A stretch of DNA of 64,000 nt, from the NCBI GenBank assembly GCA_977017645.1, contig OZ360241.1, forward strand, positions 60,574,001-60,638,000, given 5' to 3'. The notes under the pieces were generated by a model, which was not told the DNA's origin, made no database searches, and worked only from the letters and a program-made list of their open reading frames with translations. The position numbers were made by a program, and so were the translations under genes. This stretch comes from Torpedo marmorata. Lineage: Eukaryota. Below, piece after piece: positions 12,260-23,809 of this stretch. Numbering within the stretch: the stretch's first letter is position 1; the number at the start of each line of letters is the position of its first letter.

Positions 12260-13300
12260 AAATAGATCTGCATGTACCATGAGTGTATCCCAGAGTGTCA
12301 GACTCATGCCCAATATTACTACATCTTCAGTGTTAAACAGAAACAGATCTACACCCGTCAGTACAGTATCCCAGGATTATACACAGCTACATCCACCAAT
12401 GGTGCTAAACAAAGACAGACATACCCACTGATACTGTTATGTATACAGAGACCTGCAACCATCAATATTGTACCCCAAGTTATGCAGTGACAGCCTGGTA
12501 CCCACCAGAACAGTAACCCAATATTATATGGGAGAGACCTGAACACAACAATATTGTAACCCAGTATTAAACTGTAACACACCTGCACTGTACCCCAATG
12601 TCATACAGGAACAGATGACTACACCAGGATTGCATCAAGTATTAAATTGTAACATACTGGCCCAATCAGAAATTATCCTTAATGTGATTCAGTGAAGACT
12701 TGTCATCAACATTATTGTCCCCAGAGTGAAACAACAGCAATATGAACCCAACAGTAGTGTTCCCAAATGCTCCACAGTGACAGTCCTATACCCACCAGCA
12801 TTGTACCCCATTGTTATAAGTACCCATACTATACACCAATGTTATAACGAAACAAGTTAGTATCCACCATTATCTACTCCACTGCATTACAGTAACAGAT
12901 TACTACCCATTAGTATCCACTAGTACCATGCTCTAGATTTATATAGCAACAGCCCAGTTCCTCCTGCCCACAGTACCGAAGCTGAAATGTCCCTCCCATA
13001 GTATGCCCTAGACCTAGAGTGATACACCTGTACCCACCAATATTCAAGCACAGTCTTAGAAGCAGGTCGGTATAGAATTACAGAATCAGCTGAAAATAAG
13101 CCATTCAACCCTTTTTATGTCTGTGCTAGTTGATGACTAGTCTACCGCATTTCTCTTTTCCAGGTACGCTCTTTAGCACTGCAAGTCACAGACCTGTTCC
13201 CACAGTATTGTGCAGTGACAGACCTCTTCCCAACACTGTATCCAAGTGTTATACATTGAGAGATATGTATCCAGCAGTTTTATTTACACCCTAGTGATAT
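12260..13300. repeat. Highly degenerate ~43-44-bp tandem array
   Basis: Recurrent consensus ~CAGTGACAGACCTGTACCCACCAGTATTGTACCCCAGTGTTATA (units starting ~12485, 12529, 12572, 12775, 13213). Confidence 0.7.
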
Positions 13301-14029
13301 ATCCCCAAAATTGCTTAATTCAAATGTATTAAATCATGTCCTGGATGCTGATATTGCTCCCCTGGTTATCAACCTCCTGGCTGGAAATACTAATTGGTAA
13401 ATCTTTCCTGATATTGAATGAGGTTTCTCATCATAGTTTACAGTATTGAATGTCACTCTCATGCTGCAGAGGCCCACACACCCCACACAGCTGCATTCTG
13501 CAACAAGGTTGTTGATACGAACAGAGTCAGTGTTGGGACTGCAGCTCTTTCTGCTGCCACAGAATCTGATCACACGAATTAGTATTAGACAGTACCCTCA
13601 GGACAGATCATGATCTGGAGTTCCAGGTGTGCACACCAGTCAAATGAAGGGCACGCTTATGGACAATTGCTAGATCGCTGCTCTGTGTTTGCGGTTATCC
13701 ATTGCAAAGTACTGCAGTCTATGATGCAAGATTTGCAATGACAGCCTTCAGGATTGGTGCAGCAAATGAGGCCATTGACCCCACTGAGCCTATGCTAGCA
13801 TTATGGAAATTAATGAATCCCACTCCTCTGGTCTTTTAAAAAAAATTCAGAGTTCTGTCATTTTCCCTTTTGAAGTATTTCTCCGATTTCCTTTTGAAAG
13901 ATCACGTTGAATTTGCTTTTACCGCACTTTCAAGCAACTTTCCACAACGCATGATATTATTGGATTTAGGTGCAAAGATGTTTAGATTATGGGGGAAGGA
14001 AGGATGAAGGGTGGTGGTTTCAGATTCTT

Positions 14030-14160
14030 ATCAAACAAAACACAAGACTCAAGACACACAGGAAACTGCAGATGCTGGAATCTGGAACAACAATCTCAGC
14101 AGGTCGAGCAGCAACGGGATAAAAAATGGTTAGTTTTGGACATAAACCCTTCATCAAGAG
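14030..14160 (-). mobile_element. Penelope-like element terminal fragment
   Basis: ACTGCAGATGCTGGAATCTGGA...CTCAGCAGGTC...CCCTTCATCAAG is the reverse complement of the PLE end seen at 42750-42886. Confidence 0.7.
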
Positions 14161-15751
14161 TTCATAAAAAATAAGATCCCATTTCTGCAGTGCAGTGCTG
14201 CATCTAGTGGAGCTCAAATACTTTGCAACTAAAGAAATGTCGTTACTAGTGTAATGTAAAGGACACAAAGCTCATTTGCATACAGCTGTCCTCAATGACA
14301 TCAGGAATGGGATGAACAGGAACTTTCTTTTCAACTGCTGGGATGTGGATCAATGCAGAAAATCCCCTGCTCTGTTTCAAAATAGTGAAGGACAATCTTT
14401 TACCCAAGATGGTGCCTCCATTTAATTTCCCAACTGAAAGATAGTGCCTCACATAATGCAGCACTCCCTCAACCCTTCGATGGGAGTGCCAGCCTGGCTT
14501 TGGGTTCATTCCATTGGCATCCACAACCACTCACTCACTGAGCTACAGTCTGATATCAGGAATTAAGTGCAAGATTCAAAATGAGTTCTGGATCCATTGC
14601 AATGATTAACAGCATGTGAAAACCGATGGGAAACAGTGTGTGGAATGTCACTGGTCATTACATAAAAGAAAAACTCCATTGTCTTAATGAGTAATGCTCA
14701 CGCACATACTCGCTCACACTCTATATACAAGCAGTGAGTCGACCATAAAGAGCTAACACAACCTGACCACAAACCTGATATCCAAATGCACTTAATGCCA
14801 TAGATTTTGTGGGTTTAAAAAAAAAAAAAATCAAGAATACCCAGAGTCTCATCTCTTCCGTCCATTCGCCAGACACCTGCTTCCTCATCTAATCAACTCA
14901 CATCAATGACAACTTGCGAACTGCCATCCAATTACTAGCATTTCCAGGAAACTTGTTTACCACAATTCATTTATATAGTATCTGTAATTCAGTTAAATAT
15001 TTCAAGTCAGGAGCAATGACAGACAAATTGAAATCAAGCCACAACAGGAAATTTTAGGATAAGACACCAAAAGCTTAGTTGAAAAGAGAGTTTGTAAAGA
15101 CCAACTTAGAAGGAAAGAGAGGGCATAAAGATTTAGGGAAGGAATTCCAGAGCTTAGGGCTTTGTCAGTCGAAGGTAGTGTTGCCAATACTGGAGTGACA
15201 GAAATTGGGATTGCATGGAAAATTGGTAAATTTATGGAAAAATTGGACAAGTGCCACTGAGGGACAAGGAAGCTGTCAGGAACAGATTCAACAGGTGCTC
15301 GCAATGGTGAATTTGAGGAATACTTAAAGGGGAGAAACTTGGAAGGCTATGATGAAAGGCGTGGTTGGAACTTAATGGGTAGCTGTTACAAAGATCTCCC
15401 ACAAACAGTGGATTCTTTCTCTACCATATCATGCCATCATTCTACATGACACTTTATATCCAAAGCTTTTCACATTGCTAAATATGTTATATCAATGAAG
15501 AATAATGCCCAACAAATTTCATCACAGAAAACAGAAAGGAAATAGTGTCTTCTAAAATATTGCAGAATCATAGTATGTCTTGTTATGATATTGCAGCTTC
15601 CTAAAAGGCTCCATAATTAAACCAGCTCTTTCGAGCAGCATTCAATTAGTAGATAGAGCAAATAGAGCCCCAAATGTTTTGATGAAAGGTCATCAACCTA
15701 AAATGTTAACTCTTTGTCTCTCCACAGATGCTCCCTGATCTGCTGAGTATT

Positions 15752-16851
15752 AGAATCAGAATCAGAATCAGAATTTATTGTCATGAACAAGTCATGAAAT
15801 TCGGTGTTTTGCGGCAGCATCATAGTGCAATTAACATTCATATTAACCATCTTACGACATTACTAAAAAAATTATAAACAATAGTGCACGAAAAGTAAGG
15901 CAGTGTCTTTGGTTCATTGATTATTCAGGAATCTGATGGCAGCGGGGAAGAAGCTGTCCTTGTGCCGTTGAGTGCTCGTCTTTAGGCTCCTGTACCTTTT
16001 CCTGATGGAAGCAGAGTGAAGAGGGCATGGCCTGTGTGGTGGGGGACTTTGAGGATAGAGGCTGCTTTTTTAAGACACCGCCTCATGTAGATGTCCTCGA
16101 TGGAGTGAAGTTTGGTGCCTGTGATGTCACAGGCCAAGTTAACAACCCTCTGGAGTTTACTCTTGTCCTGGGAGTTGGCGCCTCCATACCAGGCAGTGAT
16201 GCAACCAGCCAGAATGCTCTCCACGGTACACCTGTAGAAGTTTACGAGAGTCTTCGGTGTCATACCAAATCTCCGCAGACACCTCACAAAGTATAGCCGC
16301 TGACGAGCCTTCTTTGTGATCGCATCAATGTGGATGCTCCAGGACAAATCCTCGGAGATGTTGACACCCAGGAATTTGAAGTTCTTGACCCTTTCCACAA
16401 CTGAGCCCTCGATGAGGACTGGGTCATGTTCCCCTGACTTCCTCCTGAAGTCCACAATCATCTCCTTGGTTTTGCTGACGTTGAGCTCAAGGTTGTTGCC
16501 ATTACACCATTTAACGAGCTGATCTATCTCCCTCCTGTACGCTTCCTCATTGCCGTTTGTGATTCTGCCGACAACTGTGGTGTCATCGGCAAACTTGTAG
16601 ATGGCATTGGAATTGTGCCTGGCCACACAGTCATGGGTGTATAATGAGTAGAGCAGTGGACTAAGCACGCATCCTTGGGGTGCACCTGTGTTGATAATCA
16701 GTGAGGAGGAGACGTTGCTTCTAATTCGTACTGACTGTGGTCTTCCGATGAGAAAGTCAAGGATCCAGTTGCAGAGGGGGGTACAGAGGCCTAGAGTTTG
16801 TAGCTTCTTGACCAGCACTGAGGGAATAATGGTATTGAAGGCCGAGCTGTA
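15752..16851 (-). mobile_element. Rex1/Babar-type LINE, 5'-truncated, young
   Basis: 278-aa RT ORF ([40 protein letters not shown]); 3' end TGACAATAAA(TTCTGA)n. Confidence 0.93.
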
Positions 16852-17189
16852 TGCAGAGCTGAGTGGAGAGCCAGTGATATTACATCTACTTGATATTACC
16901 AGCTACTTTTGTTTTTAATGCACATGACAAAATCCCATGAACATTAAAAAGTAATTCCATGCAGACTTAAAGAAACAAACTAAGCACTGGGACCCACTTC
17001 TCGATGAATAGGGTTGAAAAATCAGAGAGCTATCACAGTAAAGGTGTATAGTAGCTGGGACAGCAACAAATGGATCACTGCAAGCAGATTTATTGTCCAT
17101 ATAATAACAAATGTTCCAAAGACATTGCAGGAGGGGACTTGTAGATCCCCAGAGCATGTTTCTCCTCAGGAAGGGTTAGGCCAAGGGGT

Positions 17190-17465
17190 GGAATAGTTTA
17201 AACACAATGGATCATTCGTTTAAGACATAGATGAGAAAGAATTTAATCTCTCAGAGAGTTGTGAATCCTTGGAATTCTCTAACCCAGAAAGCTGTGGAGG
17301 CGTAATCATTGAATATTTTCAAGGCTGAGATAGACTGATATTTGGTCTACTGAGGACCCAATAGTTATGCAGAAATGTGAAGCTAAGGCCAGGTTCATAT
17401 TTTCTTTGGTGTTATTGAATGATAATGCAGGCATGAGAGATCGTATGACCTACCTCGGCTCCCAC
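17190..17465 (+). mobile_element. CR1 LINE 3' fragment
   Basis: tttaagacatagatgagaaagaattt..tctcagagagttgtgaatccttggaattctct...aggctgagatagac CR1-type text. Confidence 0.7.
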
Positions 17466-17707
17466 TTCTTAAACAACATTCCAAAAAGATTTAATACATT
17501 GAAACCAGAACAAAAAGGTTATGTCTATCATGTAAGGACAAATAGGCACGGAGTTCTTTCCCAATTCAGTGAAAACTAAAGTTTGATCAGATAGAAAACA
17601 AATAATACTGGGGATGCTGGAATCAAACAAAAACAAGTGTGTTCCAAGAACTGATCCAGTCAAGCATTGCTTGTGGAAAGAGAAATCAGTCAACCTCTTG
17701 GAACAGC

Positions 17708-20121
17708 GACCCTTCCTCAGAGCCCCCAGTCAATGATACAGACCAGTGACCCTTCCTCAGAGCCCCCAGTCAATGATACAGACCAGTGACCCTTCCTCAG
17801 AGCCCCCAGTCAATGATATAGACCAGTGACCCTTCCTCAGAGCCCCCAGTCAATGTTACAGACCAGTGACCCTTCCTCAGAACCCCCAGTCAATGATATA
17901 GACCAGTGACCCTTCCTCAGAACCCCCAGTCAATGTTACAGACCAGTGACCCTTCCTCAGAGCCCCCAGTCAATGATATAGACCAGTGACCCTTCCTCAG
18001 AACCCCCAGTCAATGTTACAGACCAGTGACCCTTCCTCAGAACCCCCAGTCAATGATATAGACCAGTGACCCTTCCTCAGAGCCCCCAGTCAATGTTACA
18101 GACCAGTGACCCTTCCTCAGAGCCCCCAGTCAATGATATAGACCAGTGACCCTTCCTCAGAGCCCCCAGTCAATGATATAGACCAGTGACCCTTCCTCAG
18201 AACCCCCAGTCAATGATACAGACTAGTGACCCTTCCTCAGAACCCCCAGTCAATGATATAGACCAGTGACCCTTCCTCAGAGCCCCCAGTCAATGATATA
18301 GACCAGTGACCCTTCCTCAGAGCCCCCAGTCAATGATATAGACCAGTGACCCTTCCTCAGAACCCCCAGTCAATGATACAGACTAGTGACCCTTCCTCAG
18401 AGCCCCCAGTCAATGATACAGACTAGTGACCCTTCCTCAGAACCCCCAGTCAATGATACAGACCAGTGACCCTTCCTCAGAACCCCCAGTCAATGATACA
18501 GACTAGTGACCCTTCCTCAGAACCCCCAGTCAATGATACAGACCAGTGACCCTTCCTCAGAACCCCCAGTCAATGATACAGACCAGTGACCCTTCCTCAG
18601 AGCCCCCAGTCAATGATATAGACCAGTGACCCTTCCTCAGAGCCCCCAGTCAATGTTACAGACCAGTGACCCTTCCTCAGAACCCCCAGTCAATGATACA
18701 GACCAGCGACCCTTCCTCAGAGCCCCCAGTCAATGTTACAGACTAGTGACCCTTCCTCAGAACCCCCAGTCAATGATATAGACCAGTGACCCTTCCTCAG
18801 AACCCCCAGTCAATGATATAGACCAGTGACCCTTCCTCAGAACCCCCAGTCAATGTTACAGACCAGTGACCCTTCCTCAGAACCCCCAGTCAATGATATA
18901 GACCAGTGACCCTTCCTCAGAACCCCCAGTCAATGATATAGACCAGTGACCCTTCCTCAGAACCCCCAGTCAATGTTACAGACCAGCGACCCTTCCTCAG
19001 AGCCCCCAGTCAATGTTACAGACCAGTGACCCTTCCTCAGAACCCCCAGTCAATGTTACAGACCAGTGACCCTTCCTCAGAACCCCCAGTCAATGTTACA
19101 GACCAGTGACCCTTCCTCAGAACCCCCAGTCAATGTTACAGACCAGTGACCCTTCCTCAGAGCCCCCAGTCAATGTTACAGACCAGTGACCCTTCCTCAG
19201 AGCCCCCAGTCAATGATATAGACCAGTGACCCTTCCTCAGAACCCCCAGTCAATGTTACAGACCAGTGACCCTTCCTCAGAACCCCCAGTCAATGTTACA
19301 GACCAGTGACCCTTCCTCAGAACCCCCAGTCAATGTTACAGACCAGTGACCCTTCCTCAGAGCCCCCAGTCAATGATATAGACCAGTGACCCTTCCTCAG
19401 AACCCCCAGTCAATGATACAGACTAGTGACCCTTCCTCAGAACCCCCAGTCAATGTTACAGACCAGTGACCCTTCCTCAGAGCCCCCAGTCAATGTTACA
19501 GACTAGTGACCCTTCCTCAGAACCCCCAGTCAATGATACAGACTAGTGACCCTGCCTCAGAACCCCCAGTCAATGATATAGACCAGTGACCCTTCCTCAG
19601 AGCCCCCAGTCAATGTTACAGACCAGTGACCCTTCCTCAGAGCCCCCAGTCAATGTTACAGACCAGTGACCCTTCCTCAGAACCCCCAGTCAATGTTACA
19701 GACCAGTGACCCTTCCTCTGAGCCCCCAGTCAATGTTACAGACCAGTGACCCTTCCTCAGTGCCCCCAGTCAATGTTACAGACCAGTGACCCTTCCTCAG
19801 AACCCCCAGTCAATGTTACAGACCAGTGACCCTTCCTCAGAACCCCCAGTCAATGTTACAGACCAGTGACCCTTCCTCTGAGCCCCCAGTCAATGTTACA
19901 GACCAGTGACCCTGCCTCAGAGCCCCCAGTCAATGTTACAGACCAGTGACCCTTCCTCAGAGCCCCCAGTCAATGATATAGACCAGTGACCCTTCCTCAG
20001 AACCCCCAGTCAATGATATAGACCAGTGACCCTTCCTCAGAGCCCCCAGTCAATGTTACAGACCAGTGACCCTGCCTCAGAGCCCCCAGTCAATGTTACA
20101 GACCAGTGACCCTTCCTCAGA
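17708..20121. repeat. 40-bp minisatellite, 60 full copies plus a partial, inside an inverted Penelope-derived element (~17590-20190)
   Basis: Unit GACCCTTCCTCAGA(G/A)CCCCCAGTCAATG(A/T)TA(C/T)AGAC(C/T)AGT keeps exact 40-bp phase from 17708 to 20108 with no indels; the flanks are inverted PLE ends (GTGGAAAGAGAAATCAGTCAA / TTGACTGGTTTCTCTTTCCAC). Confidence 0.97.
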
Positions 20122-20589
20122 GTTGTTGTGTCGCTGACCCGAAATATTGACTGGTTTCTCTTTCCACAGATGTGCTTAACTAATTGAATACTTCGAGTTT
20201 TGACCTGATGGTAGTCTTTCACACCCATGAATGAGATTGATGGGATAGAGAAAATGTTTCCATTTATGGGGGCTAGACCAAAAATGTAAGATAATCACTG
20301 AAAATATATAAGCAATTCAGGAGAAATTTCTTTACCCAGTGAGTGGACAGAATGTGTTACTTGCTCCCACAGGGAGGAGCTGAATAAGCATCAGAGATAC
20401 ATTTAAGGGGAAACATATGAAGAAGAAAGGAGCAGAAGGATATGGTGATAGGGTGAGATGAAGCATGTGAAGGAGTGGACTTGGGTGGAGCAAAAATATA
20501 GGCATAGACCTGATGGACTGAGGAGCCCATTTCTATCTTTTGCAGTGTAAACAATTTGTATTCCCAAGCAAGCTGTTTCATCAGGAAAC

Positions 20590-20980
20590 AACAGAAGCTG
20601 TTGACCAAAGCTGACAATATGGCTGTAAGCTTGGGCAAAAAGAATGTAAACAAGTTCCTTAAAGCAAAAAGGGAAAGAGCAAAGAAAAAGTGAGGAAGGG
20701 AGGCAAGAATGGCAGGATGGGAGGAAGTGAGGGAGGGGCAGGACATGTGAAACAAGAAATTGTGAGGAAAGGGAGGATGCAGGAAGATAGGGTGGAAGGA
20801 AGACTGGCAGACAGGGAGGGAAGCAGAGAGTGAGAGAGACAGTGAGAGGAACAAAGGAAAGGAGTGAGAGAGGGAGATGGTGAGGGAGGAAATCAGAAGG
20901 AGGGGCAAAGTACCATGCAGAAGGAGGGCAGAGAAATCATTCAGAGAAGGAGGGGATAGTTGAACAAAGGGATGAAAGAA
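20590..20980. repeat. Purine-rich (GA) low-complexity tract
   Basis: Strong G/A bias on the plus strand; it explains the spurious Leu/Ser/Phe ORF 20357-21136. Confidence 0.8.
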
Positions 20981-21151
20981 ATAACAATATAGTTTGTGGG
21001 CTGAAGGATATGGGAGAGGCAGGCCCTCTTCCCAAGCAATAAACAACATGGCCTCACCAATGGCACAAGACAGGAGAATGGATTTTTGAGAGTTAACAGC
21101 TTGTGATTTCTGGAGAGGTGAATGAAGAGATTCCAACCATGAAGGTACCTA

Positions 21152-22971
21152 CAGTGCCCCCTATAATGTTTGGGACAAAGACACTTTTTTTCCTTTATTT
21201 GCCCCTGTGCCCCACAGTTTTACATTTGTAATCAAACAATTCACATGTAATTAAAGTACACATTCCAGATTTTATTCCAGGTTATTTGTATACATTTTAG
21301 TTTGACCACATAGAAATTACAGCACTTTTTAATACATCGTCCCCTCATTTCAGGGCCAGAGTTGTACCAATGAAAGTCAAAAAAGCCTTTATGAGGCTGA
21401 AAAACAAGAATAAAACAGTAAGAGACATCGCCCAAACTTTAGGATTACCAAAATCCACTGTTTGGAACATTATTAAGAAGAAACAGCATTCTGGTGAGCT
21501 CAGGGACTGGTCGGCCAAGGAAGACCTCCACTGCTGATGACAGAATAATTCTCATCATAATGAAGAAAAATCCCCAAACGCACGCCCGACAGATCATAAA
21601 CACTCTTCAGGAGGCAGGTATGGATGTGTCAATGACTACTGTCCGCAGAAGACTTCATGAACAGAAATACAGAGGCTACACTGCAAAATGCAACCCACAA
21701 GTTACCACACAAAGGATGGCCAGATTACAGTTTGCCAAGAAGTATTTAAAAGAACCTGCAGAATTTTGGAAAAAGATCTTGTGGACAGATGAGACCAAGA
21801 TTAACCTTCATCAGAGTGATGGCAAGAGCAAAGTGTGGAGGCATAAAGAAACTGCCCAAGATCTAAAGCTACCACCTTTGCCATGGTTTGCATCATGCAG
21901 TGTAGCCTCTGTATTTCTATTCACAAAGTCTTCTGCGGACAGTAGTCATTTACACATCCACACCCGCCTCCTGAAGTGTGTTTCTCATCTTCTTTTAATA
22001 TCTCCAAACAAAAATATCATAGGATTCATTGGGAGTGTAATTCTTAATACTTTGTCTAAAAACCCTATTATAAACCCTTGTACTGTTATGCGGTTGCATT
22101 TTAAAGTGTACATGAGGGAAGTAGAGAGTGATACTACCTGGACTGCAGAAGTTTAGCTATGAGAAAAGATGGACGAGCCTGAGTGGTCTTTAGTTGAGGC
22201 AGCTACATATATTTTGATTGAGGTATATGAAATGAGGCCCATCTCGAATGGTTAGGACGAAAATATTTCTCTTGGCAGAGAATAATAAGGCATGTATTTT
22301 TGATTTGTCAAGGGTCCATGAAGTTGAGAAAATTTCCCCCATCTATGGTGAGGACTCTCAAAAAAAAAAGTGTTTCTCATCTGTCAGACATACGTTTGGG
22401 GATTTTTCTTCATTATGATGAGAATTCATCTGTCATCAGCAGTGGAGGTCTTCCTTGGAATGTCAATCCCTTTGCAATTACTGAGCTCACCAGTACGCTC
22501 TTTCTTCTTAATGATGTTCTAAACGGTCGATTTTGGTAATCCTTAGGTTTTGGCAAAGTCTCTTACTGTTTTATTCTTGTTTTTCAGCCTCATAATGGCT
22601 TCTTTGACTTTCATTGGCACAACTCTGGTCCTCATGTTGAAAAATGGCAACTGCAGACTCCAAAGGTGATCAAAAGCTTAGAAACAAGCCTAGCTCTCTT
22701 ATACCTGCACCAATGAAGTAATTAAACATACCTGAGTGCTCACAAACACCTGTGAAGCCAAATGTCCCAAACATTATTGTGCCCTGAAATGAGGGGACTA
22801 TGTATAAAAAATGCTGTAATTTCTACATGGTCAAACCCAAATGTGTACAAATAACTCGAATAAAATCTGGAAAGTGCACTTTAATTATATGTGAATTGTT
22901 TGATTACAAATTTAAAACTGTGGAGCATAGGGGCAAATAAAGGAAAAAAGTGTCTTTGTCCCAAACATTAT
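21152..22971. mobile_element. Tc1-family (IR/DR type) transposon derivative made of two inverted 5' halves
   Basis: TA|CAGTGCCCCCTATAATGTTTGGGACA left end; ~205-bp TIRs (21152-21356 / 22781-22971); transposase N-terminal motifs GRPRKT, TVRRRL, LQFAKKY, WTDETKIN on plus 21360-21870 and the same region on minus 22640-21880. Confidence 0.92.
21991..22369 (+). mobile_element. Poly(A)-tailed retroposed insert with 13-bp TSD inside the Tc1
   Basis: TSD GTGTTTCTCATCT at 21978-21990 and 22370-22382; A10 at 22360-22369; the first ~70 bp match L1 sequence at 42321-42386. Confidence 0.8.
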
Positions 22972-23809
22972 GTATTGATGTATAATAGTCAGTTAAAGTA
23001 GCAATTAATGCTGATTTCTACCTTAACCCCATTTACTTGATATGGTTTTGTAACCAGTAACATTCTTACCCAATAAAACTTTGTCACTTCCAAGTTTGAT
23101 AGTTTATTTAACATCCAACCTCAGCAACATATTGTGAGGGAGACAATTCCAGATTTCCACTGGGCACTCTATGAGGAAGTGTTCCCTGGCTCTTGTTTAA
23201 GGTTTTGGCTCATTGTTGTGGACAATTCCTTCCACTTTCTCTGCTCAAACATTTCAACTGGTTCATCCTTTAATCTTCTATGGTCAAGGGATTGTAAACC
23301 CAGTTTACACAACATGCCCTTACAAGTTAACCCTTTCAGTCCAGCTACCATTTGGGTGAATCCTCACAATACCTCTCCAATGCCAATCTTGGCTTCCCAA
23401 GGGTCAGTGGCTACAATTTAAGCCTGTTCTCCAGGTGCGGTCTAAGCAGAGTTCTGTGCAGCTAATAGCAGCCACTCACATGTATTCAACAAAAGCACTT
23501 GGCAGCAATGATCTTATGACACAACACATCTAACAGGTGTGGCAGGAAACAGAATAGCTTATTATGTAGTGCAATTGGTAGATATTGCTCAGGTTTATTT
23601 ACTACTAGGACTTCTAGTAACATGCACTCGATTTCTTTCTGCTTCTGTGTGAGGAAGTTGATCCACCCATCTTTTTGAGTGAGGCAGCAATGCAGCTACA
23701 ACTGCAGGAAGAGGGATTTGATTTGCTGCATTGAATTATTTAAGGTATGACACACTTGAATCACAAAATGGTGAATGGGACACATGCAATTTTCTGTCAT
23801 CTGCTGCAA

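Noticed and set aside
17708-20121. CRISPR array
   Set aside because: Units are contiguous near-identical 40-mers with no unique spacers, no cas genes, and a vertebrate intronic context.
20357-21136. 259-aa hydrophobic ORF resembling a membrane protein
   Set aside because: Translation of the complement of a GA-rich tract plus CR1 relic.
21494-22156. Functional Tc1 transposase
   Set aside because: Upstream frameshift, and only the first catalytic Asp is present before the ORF runs into inverted sequence.
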